Part shown: in pieces, positions 30,456 through 41,093 of the stretch
How the letters are laid out: each line of letters starts with the position of its first letter
Position numbering within the stretch: position 1 is the first letter of the stretch
Assembly (NCBI GenBank): GCA_000092065.1
Contig: CP000583.1
Source: Ostreococcus lucimarinus
Taxonomy: Eukaryota
DNA length: 64,000 nt
Direction: 5' to 3' (one strand)
The notes under the pieces: generated by a model
The model's input: only the letters and a program-made list of their open reading frames with translations
Database searches by the model: none
Told to the model about the DNA's origin: nothing
Program-made: the position numbers and the translations under genes

Positions 30456-33400
30456 ATGGGTCCGAATCGCGGCGGCGGCCGCCGCACGGGCGGCGGCGGG
30501 CACCAGGCGGGACAAAACGCCATGGACAAGGCGAAGCTGAAAAAGGAAAAGGAAAAGGCTGCGAAGCGCGGAAGCCGCGCGGAGGCGGCGGAGCGGGCGA
30601 ACAAGCCGGAATTTCTGCAGTCCAAGACGACCGGAAAGGGCTCAGGGACGAGGCCGGGGGCGGAGGGGCGAGGGGTGGAGGAGGTGGTGATGAGCGCGAA
30701 TTGCGCGGCGATGGTGACGGAGACGCTGCGGCGGCTGGACGTGTCGACGAACGCGATGCCGCGCGTCGGATCGAGCTCGAGCGTGGATGTCAGGCACGAC
30801 GTCGATAGGGAAGATGTACTGCGGAAGGCGGCGCAGGCGATCGGGAAGAAGGGGTTTAGTGAGGGATTGATTGAACGCGCGCTCGCGGCGACGCGGCGAG
30901 CGGCGGATGTCGAGCGAGACGCGTGCGAAGGATTTAATGAACAGAAACGACGAGCGATCGCGCGGGCGATGGATTGGTTGATATTGAATGCCGATAAAAA
31001 TGAACTTCCAGCTGCGTTACGACCGGAGGTGAAAGGAAAGACGAAAGGTAAAGGTGGTGACGAAGCCGCGGCGAAGGACGACGCCGAGGGCGCGATTGAG
31101 GCTTTTGTTCGCGCCGGTTTCACCGTCGACGCCGCTCGGACAGCCATGCGAGGAGCAAAGGGCGATGTCAGCCGCGCACTCGACGATCTGTGCGCCGCAC
31201 TCGGACCGAGTCGCGAGGAGGCGCTCGCGGAGGCGATGGAGGCGTTTGCGGACACAGGAGCGGATTCCGCGAGCGAGGACGACATTCGCGAAGTGTTGCG
31301 CAACGCACAGTACGATGAGTTGAGCGAACTCCCTCGCGATCTTTACAAGCAACGAGGGTATAACCCGGCGTCGGGCACGGCATCTATGGCTGTGGAGATC
31401 GCGGGTATCGTAGCTTTGGGTGCCGCCAAGCAGTATGCCGCGGACTTTTACGTGAGTTTCAAGGACGCGCCGCTGTACCCATTCGAGCTTCCACGCTTGT
31501 CGTTTTCTCATCCCACGCTAGACACGGAACGATCGATCGCAGTCTCGGTGGCGATGATGCGACACGCTGCGTCCCTTGTAGGACAGCCCATGATCGACGA
31601 CATCATAGAGTGGCTTCAAGGGAGCGGTCCTTTGGAGGCGATAGAGGAAGCGCGCGAACGCGCGATGGCGCCCGCGCTCGAGCCAGCGAAGAAGAAAGTT
31701 ACAGGCGCGAAGGCGATTCCAGCACCAAAAGGAGGCATTCTGGCTCCACCAACGCAGACCAAAGAAGAGCGCAAGAGAGAACTCGAGCGTCGACGCGAAC
31801 TTGCAGCCGAAGCCGAGAAGACGAGAGCGCGAGTCGAGGCGCAGACAGAGGCGGAGGCACAGACGATTGCCGAAGCGAAGACGAAGAAACTCGCCGAGGC
31901 AATCTTAAAGGAGGAAGAGAAGCGCGCGAACGACCCGCGCGTGATCGCCGAAAGCGAGCGACTGAAAACGGAGTTGACCAAATTCTGGAACGATAAGAAG
32001 GACTCTCCGATACTTAAACAGCGTCAACGTCTTCCGGCGTGGGCAAAGCAACAAGAACTCATCGACGCCGTCGAGCGCAACCAAGTGCTCATCGTCGCCG
32101 GCGAAACGGGTTGTGGTAAGACTACACAGCTGCCGCAGTTCATTCTTGATAACGCTATCTGGCAAGGACGTGGAGCGATGACAAACATGATTTGCACACA
32201 GCCGCGTCGAATCAGCGCCACGAGCGTGGCGAGTCGCGTGGCGAGTGAGCGAGGTGAACAAATTGGCAAAACAGTGGGCTATAAAATCCGTCTTGAAGGC
32301 TCGATGAGCTCGAGCACGCGAATTTTGTTTTGCACCACGGGCGTGTTACTGCGTCGTTTAACCGAAGACCCTTTACTGAGCGGTACGAGTCACGTGATAG
32401 TCGACGAAGTCCACGAGCGCTCGCTCGATTCTGATTTCTTACTCGTCTTGTTGCGCGATATTTTGCCGCATCGACCGACACTCAAAGTGGTGCTGATGTC
32501 AGCCACGTTGAATGCGCTCGCGTTTGAAGACTATTTCAAGGGCGTTTCTGCGGTGAGCAAAATCCCTGGGTTCACTTATCCGGTGAACGAGCATTATCTC
32601 GAGGACATCTTACAAGTGACCGAGTATCAACCAAACCCAGGGACGGAGTATTTTAAAAAGGCGCCGCGACGCAGGGACAACTTTGACGCCTCTAGTCGAC
32701 CGGTGTCAAGTAAGGATGGCGACATACCGGATGAAGACTCGTTCAACATTACGTTGCGGGACAAGGGCTACGGTGACAACGTCGTTCGCGCTCTCCGAAA
32801 CCTCGAACAGGGTTTGATCAATTACGAGTTGATGACGCTTTTAATCTCGCACATTTGCGAGTCGATGGACGAAGGCGCAATACTGGTATTTATGCCCGGT
32901 TTGGCGGAGATCACGAAGCTTTACGAGGCGTGTGGGGCGAATCCTACGATCAACGCGGCAACGTCTGGAGGAAAATACCTGATTGCTTTGCACAGCACGC
33001 TGAGCACGGCCGAGCAGAGCATCGTATTCGATCACGCCCCAGACAGCGTGCGTAAGATAGTCATCGCAACAAATATCGCAGAGACGTCGATCACGATCGA
33101 CGATGTCGTGTACGTAGTCGACAGTGGCAAGTGCAAAGAAAACGGCTACGATCCAAACACTCGAATGCAGCTGCTTCTCGAGCAGTGGGTGTCTCGTGCG
33201 AGCGCTCGACAGCGTCGCGGTCGCGCGGGACGCGTGCAAGCCGGCCGATGCTTCCGAATGTACACGCGTCACGTGCACGATACGGTCTTCGCTGAACACA
33301 CGCTTCCTGAAATCAGACGCGTGCCTCTAGAAGGCTTGTGCTTGCAGATTCAGCTACAACGCATGGCTGGGGGCATCGCCGGATTTCTCGGCAAGGCGTT

Positions 33401-34475
33401 GGAGCCTCCGAAGGTTGAGTCTGTGGAGGCGGCGGTGGCGTCTCTCAAACGCCTTGGTGCTTTGGATGAGCGTGAATGCCTGACCCCACTCGGTCAACAC
33501 TTGGCTACGTTACCCGTGGATGTTCGCGTGGGTAAGATGCTCCTCTACGGCTCCATGCTTGGGTGCCTGGATCCCGTGCTCACGATTGCTGCCGTCTTGA
33601 GCGGTCGTTCGCCGTTTGTGGCGCCGCTCGACAAACGCGACGAAGCAGATCTCGCCAAAAAGCTCTTCGCCGAAGATCAATCGGATCATCTCACGATTCT
33701 GAATGCCTATAATGGCTGGCAAGATGCGAAGAAGCAAGGACGATCGTCTGAGTTCGCGTTCACCCGCGAAAACTTTCTCTCGTGGAGAGCACTCGAGGGC
33801 ATCGCAGATCTGCGGAACCAATTTACACAACTTCTGAATGAATCAGGTTTCCTGGGATCGTCGTCGAAGAAGAAAGGTGGTGGACGGTATCGCGGTCGCC
33901 AGCGCGGTAATGTCTTGGAAACCGACGTAGATTGGATTCGAGCGAATCGAAACTCGGAGAATAAACGACTGTTAAAGTCGGTTCTCGTGGCTGGGTTGTA
34001 TCCAAACCTCATCAAAGTCGACCCCGGTTCTCGTCCAGATGCCCCACCCCGTCTGTCTTTCCTCGCCGAGAACGGGCGGACGGAAAAAATCCAAATTCAT
34101 CCATCGAGCATCAACTTCGAGGCGAAGAAGTTTATCACCAAGTGGCTGGTGTACCACGAGCGCGTGCAGACGACGGCAATCTTCGTGCGCGATTGCACGG
34201 CGGTGACGCCTTATCAACTTCTATTGTTCGGGGGGAAAATCGAAGTGCAACACACGCAAGGAACGATAAGTATCGATCGCTGGGCGACGTTCCAAGCTCC
34301 AGCAAAAGTAGGAGTTTTGCTCAAAGAGATCCGAAACCAGCTTGACCGCGTGCTGGCGCAAAAAATTGAAAACGTCGGCAAGGACGTCGGCGAACTTTCC
34401 AACCCTCTCGTGCTCACGATTCTCGAGCTTCTCGATTCGGAGAAGATCGCGAAGATGTCCACAAAACCAAATTAG
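30456..34475 (+). CDS. DEAH-box ATP-dependent RNA helicase (DHX57/DHX29-like) with an N-terminal UBA-like segment
   Basis: GETGCGKTTQLPQFIL (motif I), VIVDEVHERS (DEVH), SATLNA, TNIAETSITIDDVVYVVD, QRRGRAGR, and the HA2 and OB-fold regions. 1339 aa in a single ORF. Confidence 0.85.
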   Translation: MGPNRGGGRRTGGGGHQAGQNAMDKAKLKKEKEKAAKRGSRAEAAERANKPEFLQSKTTGKGSGTRPGAEGRGVEEVVMSANCAAMVTETLRRLDVSTNAMPRVGSSSSVDVRHDVDREDVLRKAAQAIGKKGFSEGLIERALAATRRAADVERDACEGFNEQKRRAIARAMDWLILNADKNELPAALRPEVKGKTKGKGGDEAAAKDDAEGAIEAFVRAGFTVDAARTAMRGAKGDVSRALDDLCAALGPSREEALAEAMEAFADTGADSASEDDIREVLRNAQYDELSELPRDLYKQRGYNPASGTASMAVEIAGIVALGAAKQYAADFYVSFKDAPLYPFELPRLSFSHPTLDTERSIAVSVAMMRHAASLVGQPMIDDIIEWLQGSGPLEAIEEARERAMAPALEPAKKKVTGAKAIPAPKGGILAPPTQTKEERKRELERRRELAAEAEKTRARVEAQTEAEAQTIAEAKTKKLAEAILKEEEKRANDPRVIAESERLKTELTKFWNDKKDSPILKQRQRLPAWAKQQELIDAVERNQVLIVAGETGCGKTTQLPQFILDNAIWQGRGAMTNMICTQPRRISATSVASRVASERGEQIGKTVGYKIRLEGSMSSSTRILFCTTGVLLRRLTEDPLLSGTSHVIVDEVHERSLDSDFLLVLLRDILPHRPTLKVVLMSATLNALAFEDYFKGVSAVSKIPGFTYPVNEHYLEDILQVTEYQPNPGTEYFKKAPRRRDNFDASSRPVSSKDGDIPDEDSFNITLRDKGYGDNVVRALRNLEQGLINYELMTLLISHICESMDEGAILVFMPGLAEITKLYEACGANPTINAATSGGKYLIALHSTLSTAEQSIVFDHAPDSVRKIVIATNIAETSITIDDVVYVVDSGKCKENGYDPNTRMQLLLEQWVSRASARQRRGRAGRVQAGRCFRMYTRHVHDTVFAEHTLPEIRRVPLEGLCLQIQLQRMAGGIAGFLGKALEPPKVESVEAAVASLKRLGALDERECLTPLGQHLATLPVDVRVGKMLLYGSMLGCLDPVLTIAAVLSGRSPFVAPLDKRDEADLAKKLFAEDQSDHLTILNAYNGWQDAKKQGRSSEFAFTRENFLSWRALEGIADLRNQFTQLLNESGFLGSSSKKKGGGRYRGRQRGNVLETDVDWIRANRNSENKRLLKSVLVAGLYPNLIKVDPGSRPDAPPRLSFLAENGRTEKIQIHPSSINFEAKKFITKWLVYHERVQTTAIFVRDCTAVTPYQLLLFGGKIEVQHTQGTISIDRWATFQAPAKVGVLLKEIRNQLDRVLAQKIENVGKDVGELSNPLVLTILELLDSEKIAKMSTKPN

Positions 34476-34530
34476 CAGACAAACACATTGATTGAATTGA
34501 TACAACACACTATACATAGTAATCTAGTCC

Positions 34531-35244
34531 CTATGACCAACTTCTCGTCTTCGCGTGCACGCGAGCCACATCCGTCATGTAATCCCCGCTCAATCGAGCG
34601 TACGCCGTGCGATTCGCGCGCTCGATCTCTCGTCGAGCGCGCTCCTCGTCACCATTAATCTCATAAAATAACCCCAAATATAACGCGCTATAAAACTCAT
34701 CGCTCGCGTTCGAGCGTCCGGCTTCGCGCAGGCGCGTCGCCGCCTCTTCCGATCCCTCCGCGAACAGCGCGAAAACGCTCGACATCACCGGTCTCGAATC
34801 CCGACCGGTGATCAACATATTTTCTCTCGCGTACGCGATCCCTTTCTCCGGATCCATCGCCTCCGAGGCGAAGCACCACACGCTCTCCTCCGTATCGTTC
34901 GGGTTCTGCGCCACGTCCAGTCGAAACTGCTTCGCCGCCTCCTCGTACGCCCCCGCGTAGTACAGCGCCAGCCCGCGCTGCCACATGTACGCGCTAAACC
35001 TCTCATCGCTCGCGATGGCGTCGTCGAACGCGTCGATCGCGCCTCTGACGTCGCCTCTGATAAACTCCCTCGCGCCGCGCTTGATCTTTTCGCTCGCCAC
35101 CGATGCGTTCGCTCGCTCCGCGCGCGCGCACGTCGCCACGATCGCCGCCGCGACGCCGCGCAGAGCGTCGCGACGATTCGTTCGTCGTCTCGCGTCGCGC
35201 GTCGCGCACGCACGCGGCGCGCGCGCGCCGCGAGCGGCGGACAT
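34531..35244 (-). CDS. TPR-like repeat protein with a twin-arginine-type presequence (possible thylakoid-lumen targeting)
   Basis: RRTNRRDALRGVAAAIVATCARA, then helical repeats with W/Y/A periodicity (AYMWQRGLALYYAGAYEEAAKQF…). Only weak family assignment. Confidence 0.4.
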   Translation of the reverse strand: MSAARGARAPRACATRDARRRTNRRDALRGVAAAIVATCARAERANASVASEKIKRGAREFIRGDVRGAIDAFDDAIASDERFSAYMWQRGLALYYAGAYEEAAKQFRLDVAQNPNDTEESVWCFASEAMDPEKGIAYARENMLITGRDSRPVMSSVFALFAEGSEEAATRLREAGRSNASDEFYSALYLGLFYEINGDEERARREIERANRTAYARLSGDYMTDVARVHAKTRSWS

Positions 35245-35248
35245 TTAG

Positions 35249-35312
35249 TGACGTGTGGATGTTATCCACACGTCACTAATTCCGACACACTAATTCCGAC
35301 ACACTCCGACGC
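35249..35312. promoter_or_regulatory. Perfect 14-bp-arm palindrome (agtgacgtgtggat gtt atccacacgtcact) followed by a direct repeat (ctaattccgacaca x2), in the bidirectional promoter between the TPR gene and sufC
   Basis: Read directly from the sequence at 35247-35300. ACGT cores lie within the arms. Confidence 0.45.
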
Positions 35313-35432
35313 GCCGTTCGCGCGCTCGCCGTTCGCGCGCTCGCCGTTCGCGCCCACGCGCGCGCAAGTCCGCCCGCGACACTCTCGCGCCGCTCGCGCG
35401 CGCTCGAACGCCTCGAGCGACGCGCGCGCGCG

Positions 35433-36305
35433 ATGTCCCGATGCGCAACCACGACGGTGACGGCGCGCGCGCCGACGCGCGTCCGCGCGCCGTCGAACGC
35501 GATCGCGCGACGCGCGAGCGCGCGATCGGTGCAGACACACGCCGGTCAGGGTAAAGTGCTGCTCGAGGTGAAGGACCTGCACGCGAAAGTCGCGGAGACG
35601 GGAGAGGAGATCCTGAAGGGGGTGAACCTGACGATTCGCGAGGGCGAGACGCACGCGGTGATGGGCAAGAATGGCTCGGGGAAGAGCACGCTGACGAAAG
35701 TGCTGGTCGGACACCCGGCGTATGAAGTCACGAGTGGTAGCGCGACGTTCAAGGGCGAAGCGCTGTTCGAGATGGAACCCGAGGAACGCGCGCGAAGCGG
35801 GTTGTTTTTGTCGTTTCAGTCGCCCATCGAAGTCCCGGGGGTGTCGAACACCGATTTCCTGAGAATGATGTGCAACGAACGAAGAAAGGCGCGCGGGGAG
35901 GAGGAATTGGATCCTTTGGAGTTTTATGGATATCTCACGCCCAAGTTGGAGGCGTTGAACATGGATCCGAGCTTCTTGACGCGCAACGTCAACGAAGGGT
36001 TCTCCGGTGGCGAAAAGAAGCGAAACGAAATTTTGCAGTTGGCCGTGATGGAGAGCGAGATGAGCATTTTGGATGAGATTGATTCCGGTTTGGACGTCGA
36101 TGCGTTGAGAGACGTGGCCAAGGCGGTGAACTTGTTGAGACAAGGCGACAAGGGCTTGCTCCTCATCACGCACTACCAGCGTCTTTTGGACGCCATTCAC
36201 CCCAATTTCGTGCACATCATGCAAAAGGGGCAAATCGTGCAAACCGGGGGAGTCGAGATCGCGACGCAGCTCGAGGAGGGTGGTTTCGCGTCGCTCGCGC
36301 AGTAG
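35433..36305 (+). CDS. sufC: Plastid Fe-S cluster assembly ATPase SufC (ABC-type) with a transit peptide
   Basis: [12 protein letters not shown]…[28 protein letters not shown] (Walker A), [13 protein letters not shown] (ABC signature), [11 protein letters not shown]. Closely collinear with SufC. Confidence 0.85.
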   Translation: MSRCATTTVTARAPTRVRAPSNAIARRASARSVQTHAGQGKVLLEVKDLHAKVAETGEEILKGVNLTIREGETHAVMGKNGSGKSTLTKVLVGHPAYEVTSGSATFKGEALFEMEPEERARSGLFLSFQSPIEVPGVSNTDFLRMMCNERRKARGEEELDPLEFYGYLTPKLEALNMDPSFLTRNVNEGFSGGEKKRNEILQLAVMESEMSILDEIDSGLDVDALRDVAKAVNLLRQGDKGLLLITHYQRLLDAIHPNFVHIMQKGQIVQTGGVEIATQLEEGGFASLAQ

Positions 36306-36351
36306 TTACAACATAAACGATTCATTTAATGATAACACACGATATCACAAA

Positions 36352-37231
36352 TCACTCGAGCGACCACAGTTCGATGCGAGCCGTCCTGAACATGTTCTCC
36401 GAAGCCAAGGGCGGGGACTGAAAAGTCTCGCACTCTCCGCTCGAACCTTGAAGTAAATCCTCTTCTAAACGAATCGCGTGCGCGCTACCACCGCCGACGG
36501 ATAACGAGTCAGCGGCGCCGAACATGTAGTAATCGTTCGCCCCGCTCCACGCGTACTTGACGCCCTCGGGCGCGAGCGTGAACACGAAACTCTCACCCGT
36601 GCCGCCGTATCGCGAGTGCACCTTCCACGCCTCGGTGCAAAACGCGCCAAAAATAGCCCCACCACTATCGCTCACGAGGAGCACCGTGTTCGCCTTCCCG
36701 CTCGCGCGTCTGTAAAGACTCTTCAACGAAATCCCGTCGCGCTTGGTGCTGTACGCCAACGCCCACTCCCGCATGCGATACATCGCCGGCAGCGCCTCCC
36801 GCAGCGTCTCCATCTGTTCGACCGTCACTATATCACTCTTCCCATTCATTTTCATCTCCGTCTTGATCGTCCTCTCCGCCGACGTCGACAACTCGCTCGC
36901 GCCTCGCCGTCGACGCCTCGCCGTCCCGTTCCCCTCCCCCTCCTCCCTCGTCGTCCCCTCTCCCTCCTCCTCCGCCTCCATCGTCGCCGTCCACGATTCC
37001 AGCACCTTCCCTAAAAACCCCTCGTGCGCGTCGTCCGCTCGCACCCGCGCGCTCGTCGCCTTCCCGGCGCTCGTTCGATACAGCACGTCCACCGTCCCGT
37101 CGCCGTCCTCGCCGCGCACGACGCCCACGAATGACCGTTTATTAATCTCCGGGTGCTTCACCCTCGGATCCAGCACCGCGCGCGCGTCTCCCTCGCCCGC
37201 GCGCGTCGGTCGCTCGATTCGCACGCAGTTC

Positions 37232-37266
<35 letters not shown>

Positions 37267-37308
37267 CCCGAGGACGTCCCGCCAAAACGTCCCGAACACC
37301 TCCTCCAT
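36352..37308 (-). CDS. TLDc-domain protein (OXR1/NCOA7-like) with a poly-Asp tract
   Basis: C-terminal TLDc: LLVSDSGGAIFGAFCTEAWK…YGGTGESFVFTL…KYAWSGANDYYMFG…SLSVGGG…CETFQSPPL. ATG (MEEVFGTFW…) at complement of 37306-37308. The longer ORF-track model reads through Arg-rich low-complexity sequence. Confidence 0.7.
37239..37270. repeat. (GTC/GAC)10 trinucleotide microsatellite encoding poly-Asp in the TLDc protein
   Basis: gtcgtcgtcgtcgtcgtcgtcgtcgtcgtc read directly. Confidence 0.9.
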
Positions 37309-37687
37309 TTCGCGCCCTTCGTCGTCGTTCGTCGTCGTTCGTCGTCGTTCGTCCGGCGTTCGTTCGTTCGCTCGCTCGTTCGTTCGTCCGGCGTTCGTCC
37401 GTCGTCGTCGCGCCGCGCGACGCGCCGTGTCGCGCCGGTTCGCGCGCGCGATTGGCGCCCGAGACACCCGGAAGTGGCGCGGCCGCCCGAGACACCCGGA
37501 AGTGAGAAAAGCGCCGAAAAAGAGGGGAGACGAAGAGACACAATGACGACGCGAACGACGACGGCGCGCGCGCGGCGACGGACACACGGCGACGCGCGCG
37601 CGAGGACCGGGCGGTGACGATCGCTTCGATCGATCGTCGCGGGCGTCGATCGACGACGACGACGGCGAAACGCGGTGGTGGACGAGG

Positions 37688-40084
37688 ATGACGACGACGA
37701 CGACGACGGCGCGGACGCGCGGGACGAAGGCGGAGGACGACGACGCGACGCGCGGCGAGGAGACGGCGAGCGAGGGACGATGGCGAGCGACGCGAAGAAA
37801 GGAGCGGTCGATGTCGGTGGAGGCGGCGATCAGCGCGGCGATGCGGTCGATGCAGGGAGGGGCGATGACGCCGACGCCGAGGTGGCGGGCGGTCGGGGAC
37901 GTGGCGAGCGCGTGGGCGTTGATGACGGCGCACGAGTTGGATTGGCTCGGCGCGTCGGGGGCGCTCGGGAGCGCGGTGTGGGGGACGGCGATCGTGGGGG
38001 CGATGGTGCACTTGGTGTGCGGGTTCGCGCGGTACGCGTCGTACACGCACGCGATGGTGGACGGGTGCGCGCTGGCGGCGGCGGCGGCGGATCGGGCGCT
38101 TTCGCGAGGAGACGCCGCGGTGTGGGCGCTCGTACGACCGTTCATTCGGCTCGCGTTGCTCACGCGCGTGTGCGCGGCAAGTGCGCTCTGCATGGACGCC
38201 GGGACGTGGGCGGTGCTGAACGGGAGAGGCGTGCGAGGTGTGTTTCATCGACTCGAGCACGCCGGCGCGGTGAACATCGCGGTGTGCGTCAGCGTGGGAA
38301 TCATTTCTCTCGGTCCCGTCGCGACGGCGCAACACCGGCTCGGCGCGGAAATTCTCACGCGTTACTTTCACGTGAGAGTCGACGATGAGGTTCTTCGCGC
38401 GATCAAACGCATGGAACAGGTGTTCGCCGCCGCTGCCGCGGCGACGGCGTTCAACGCCTTGTTCAACCTCACGCGCCGATCATTACTCGGTCGTCCGCTG
38501 CAAGGAATCATCGAAACTCTCGAGTATCACGCCAAGCAGGTGTTAACCGACTTGGAGTTACGACCTGGTGAGGTGCAATCTTTGGACATCGGCGTGTTGG
38601 GATATGTGCTCGACAAGATGAGCCACATCGTCAAACGAAACGAATCCGACAACGGCGGACCGGCGCTCATCGAAGCCATTCTGGAAGATCACGAAGACGT
38701 CGACGGACGCACTCGCGAATGGTTGGTGAGTTACGAAGCGAGTAACGTCAAATATGGAAAATCAGCGTCGGTGAATTCGCAAGGAGTGAACGTGTTCAAG
38801 TCGGTGGTTTCATCCTTTGCGCGCATGTCAGACGCCGGGGGGCCGTATCTGAGCGTCGACGGGGACGCGCTCAACTCTTGGTCGTTCGATGTGTTCACCG
38901 TAGGGGAAAACAAGGAGCTATTTCCGTACGTCGTGCGCATGTTTCACGAAATGAACATGTTTGAGCTCGTCGATCAGTTCAAGTTTCGTCGCTTCTTATC
39001 TGAGGTCGAAGGCATGTACCGGGATAATCCGTACCACTGCTTCAAGCACGCCGTCGACGTCACGCACACGACGTATTTATACATTTGCGCGGTGAAAGAG
39101 CAAGTCAGTATGACGCAAGTAGAAATATTCTCTCTCCTCGTTGCCGCTTTGGTGCACGATTTGGATCATCCCGGGGTTACGAACGGGTATCTCATCGCCA
39201 CGCACGATAACATAGCGCTGACGTACAACGACGAGAGCGTGTTGGAGAATCTTCATCTCTCGCGGTTCTTTTCTTTGTGTCAAAACAACGAAGACGCAAA
39301 CATTCTCTCTGCATTTGACGAGAGTACGTACAAAGAGATTCGTCGATCTATTATAAGTTGCGTGCTACACACAGACATGGCGCATCACTTCAAGCTCGTC
39401 TCGCGATTGAACGAACTCGTCGCTCTGGGTAAGAAGAACAACATCATCAACGGTTCACCGATGAAATCGACAGTCATAACGAGCACTCGTGATGATGATC
39501 CGATAAATGTGAGCGTGACGTTCAAGACAGACGACGAGCGTCAGCTGATGCTGAATGTTCTCCTGCACTGCGCGGACATCTCCAACGCCGTCAAGCCAAA
39601 CGAGCTTTGCGTCAAGTGGGCATCGCGGGTGCTGGAAGAGTTCTTCAATCAAGGCGATCGCGAACGTTCAAGAGGAATGTCGATCAGTCCTATGATGGAT
39701 CGCGAGACCACGTCGGTGGGGCTATCGCAGATAAACTTTATTGAGTTTGTTATCGCGCCTCTCTACGTGCAATTTGTGGCGGTGTTCCCAGCCCTGAACG
39801 GCCTCTTGACGCGACTGATCGAAAATCGTCGATACTATCAGGAGACGTATGAAAACGAACTCGCCGACATGACTAAAGGCGATGGCACCGATCGCTCTCC
39901 AGAGAAAGAATCACTTCGCGCGCGATTCCGCACGCTCATCGAAAAGCACTCGCTGCGTCGCTTCGTGGATGAAAGCGATAATCTCATGAAGGCCATTCTA
40001 TCGCTTCCACACACGCGACGGTCGAGCGCGACTCGTTCTTTCAACGCGATGCTTTCATCGCCGTCGAAGAAGAAAACGATGTGA
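37688..40084 (+). CDS. 3',5'-cyclic-nucleotide phosphodiesterase (class I PDE catalytic domain) with an N-terminal multi-TM region
   Basis: YHCFKHAVDVTHT…LVAALVHDLDHPGVTN…LHTDMAHHF…LLHCADISNAVKP (HD-type metal-binding PDEase_I signature). The N-terminal ~250 aa are hydrophobic helices. Start may be 37688 or 37811. Confidence 0.75.
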   Translation: MTTTTTTARTRGTKAEDDDATRGEETASEGRWRATRRKERSMSVEAAISAAMRSMQGGAMTPTPRWRAVGDVASAWALMTAHELDWLGASGALGSAVWGTAIVGAMVHLVCGFARYASYTHAMVDGCALAAAAADRALSRGDAAVWALVRPFIRLALLTRVCAASALCMDAGTWAVLNGRGVRGVFHRLEHAGAVNIAVCVSVGIISLGPVATAQHRLGAEILTRYFHVRVDDEVLRAIKRMEQVFAAAAAATAFNALFNLTRRSLLGRPLQGIIETLEYHAKQVLTDLELRPGEVQSLDIGVLGYVLDKMSHIVKRNESDNGGPALIEAILEDHEDVDGRTREWLVSYEASNVKYGKSASVNSQGVNVFKSVVSSFARMSDAGGPYLSVDGDALNSWSFDVFTVGENKELFPYVVRMFHEMNMFELVDQFKFRRFLSEVEGMYRDNPYHCFKHAVDVTHTTYLYICAVKEQVSMTQVEIFSLLVAALVHDLDHPGVTNGYLIATHDNIALTYNDESVLENLHLSRFFSLCQNNEDANILSAFDESTYKEIRRSIISCVLHTDMAHHFKLVSRLNELVALGKKNNIINGSPMKSTVITSTRDDDPINVSVTFKTDDERQLMLNVLLHCADISNAVKPNELCVKWASRVLEEFFNQGDRERSRGMSISPMMDRETTSVGLSQINFIEFVIAPLYVQFVAVFPALNGLLTRLIENRRYYQETYENELADMTKGDGTDRSPEKESLRARFRTLIEKHSLRRFVDESDNLMKAILSLPHTRRSSATRSFNAMLSSPSKKKTM

Positions 40085-40304
40085 ACGCAGACGATATTTC
40101 TATTGCGCTGCGTTTTGAGTTTGCATTGTCAATGCAAAATGTCTTTTCATGTCCTCTCGTGTCCCGCACTCCTTTGTTAGCGTGTTGACCTCGTCCCATC
40201 GAGCGCGCGAGTTAACGGATTCGGCCTAAGGACGCGACTTCGAAAAGCGAACAACCGTTCGAAACGTTCTCGTCGCCGAGAGATCGCGTTCGCGGTCGCG
40301 CGTC

Positions 40305-41002
40305 GTGGTCACGTCTCGAAATGAGCGATCGATTACCTCAGTCTGCAGCGCGTCAACGGCGCGCATGACGCCCGCGCGACTGACGCGAGCGGGCACGAGG
40401 CGCGAGCACAGCGACTATCACACTTCTCCGCGATCGCGAGCTTCAAACGCGCGCGACACTCGCAATGAAACGCGCGTCAGTATGAAACTCTCCGACGATG
40501 CCGCACCAGGCAGCATCGCGAGCGTCCGCGCGTCGACGCGTGCGTCGCGCAAGCGGTCGAGAGACGTCGTAATTGAGTCGGCGCAATTGTTCGTAAAATC
40601 GTCGCGTCGCCGTGCGGCGGTTTCGGACGACGAGGACGAATCAGACGTCGTCGCGACGGTTCGAGCCGCGGACGGCGGCGACGACGCGACGCCCCCGGCG
40701 AGGCGGGAGACTCCTGTCGAATCTTCCTTGGTGTGCGCGCCGCGCACGCGACGTGAAACCAAAGACCACGCTTTTCGCAAAGCTAACGAGGCGCAGAGCG
40801 CGTTGCTCGGAACGCTCTGCGAGGATGCATTGTGGAAAGTGTGCGAGTTCCTGCCGGCGAAGGACTTGGCGTCGTTGGAGTGCGCGAGCTCGTATTTCCA
40901 TCGCCCTATGCGACGCGCCGATCGAGGACTAGGGATCGCCGAGCGCGTCGCTAGAGTACGTATCAGAGGCGCGCAGATGGCCGACATGCCGCCATTTTAC
41001 AG
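40305..41002 (+). CDS. F-box-like protein, exon 1
   Basis: …LLGTLCEDALWKVCEFLPAKDLASLECASSYFHRP… (F-box-like). The exon ends at CAG|GTAAGA (donor at 41003). The ORF-track start is GTG; the true ATG is probably 40366 or 40480. Confidence 0.5.
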
Positions 41003-41093
41003 GTAAGAATCCGTCAAAGATTTCCTCGGTCAACTCGACCTTGTCGCAAAGCTGGCGCGCGTTGACTAACACTTGCTCTTCGCTTGGCTCTAG

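Noticed and set aside
30224-31303. 359-aa minus-strand ORF
   Set aside because: It is antisense to the 5' part of the DEAH helicase gene, is Ser/Ala/Arg low-complexity, and has no domain.
36352-38193. Full 613-aa ORF-track model for the TLDc gene, and the 37142..38371 minus ORF
   Set aside because: Upstream of the MEEVFGTFW Met the frame is Arg/Pro/Ala low-complexity and is antisense to the PDE N-terminus. The TLDc CDS was truncated to 36352..37308.
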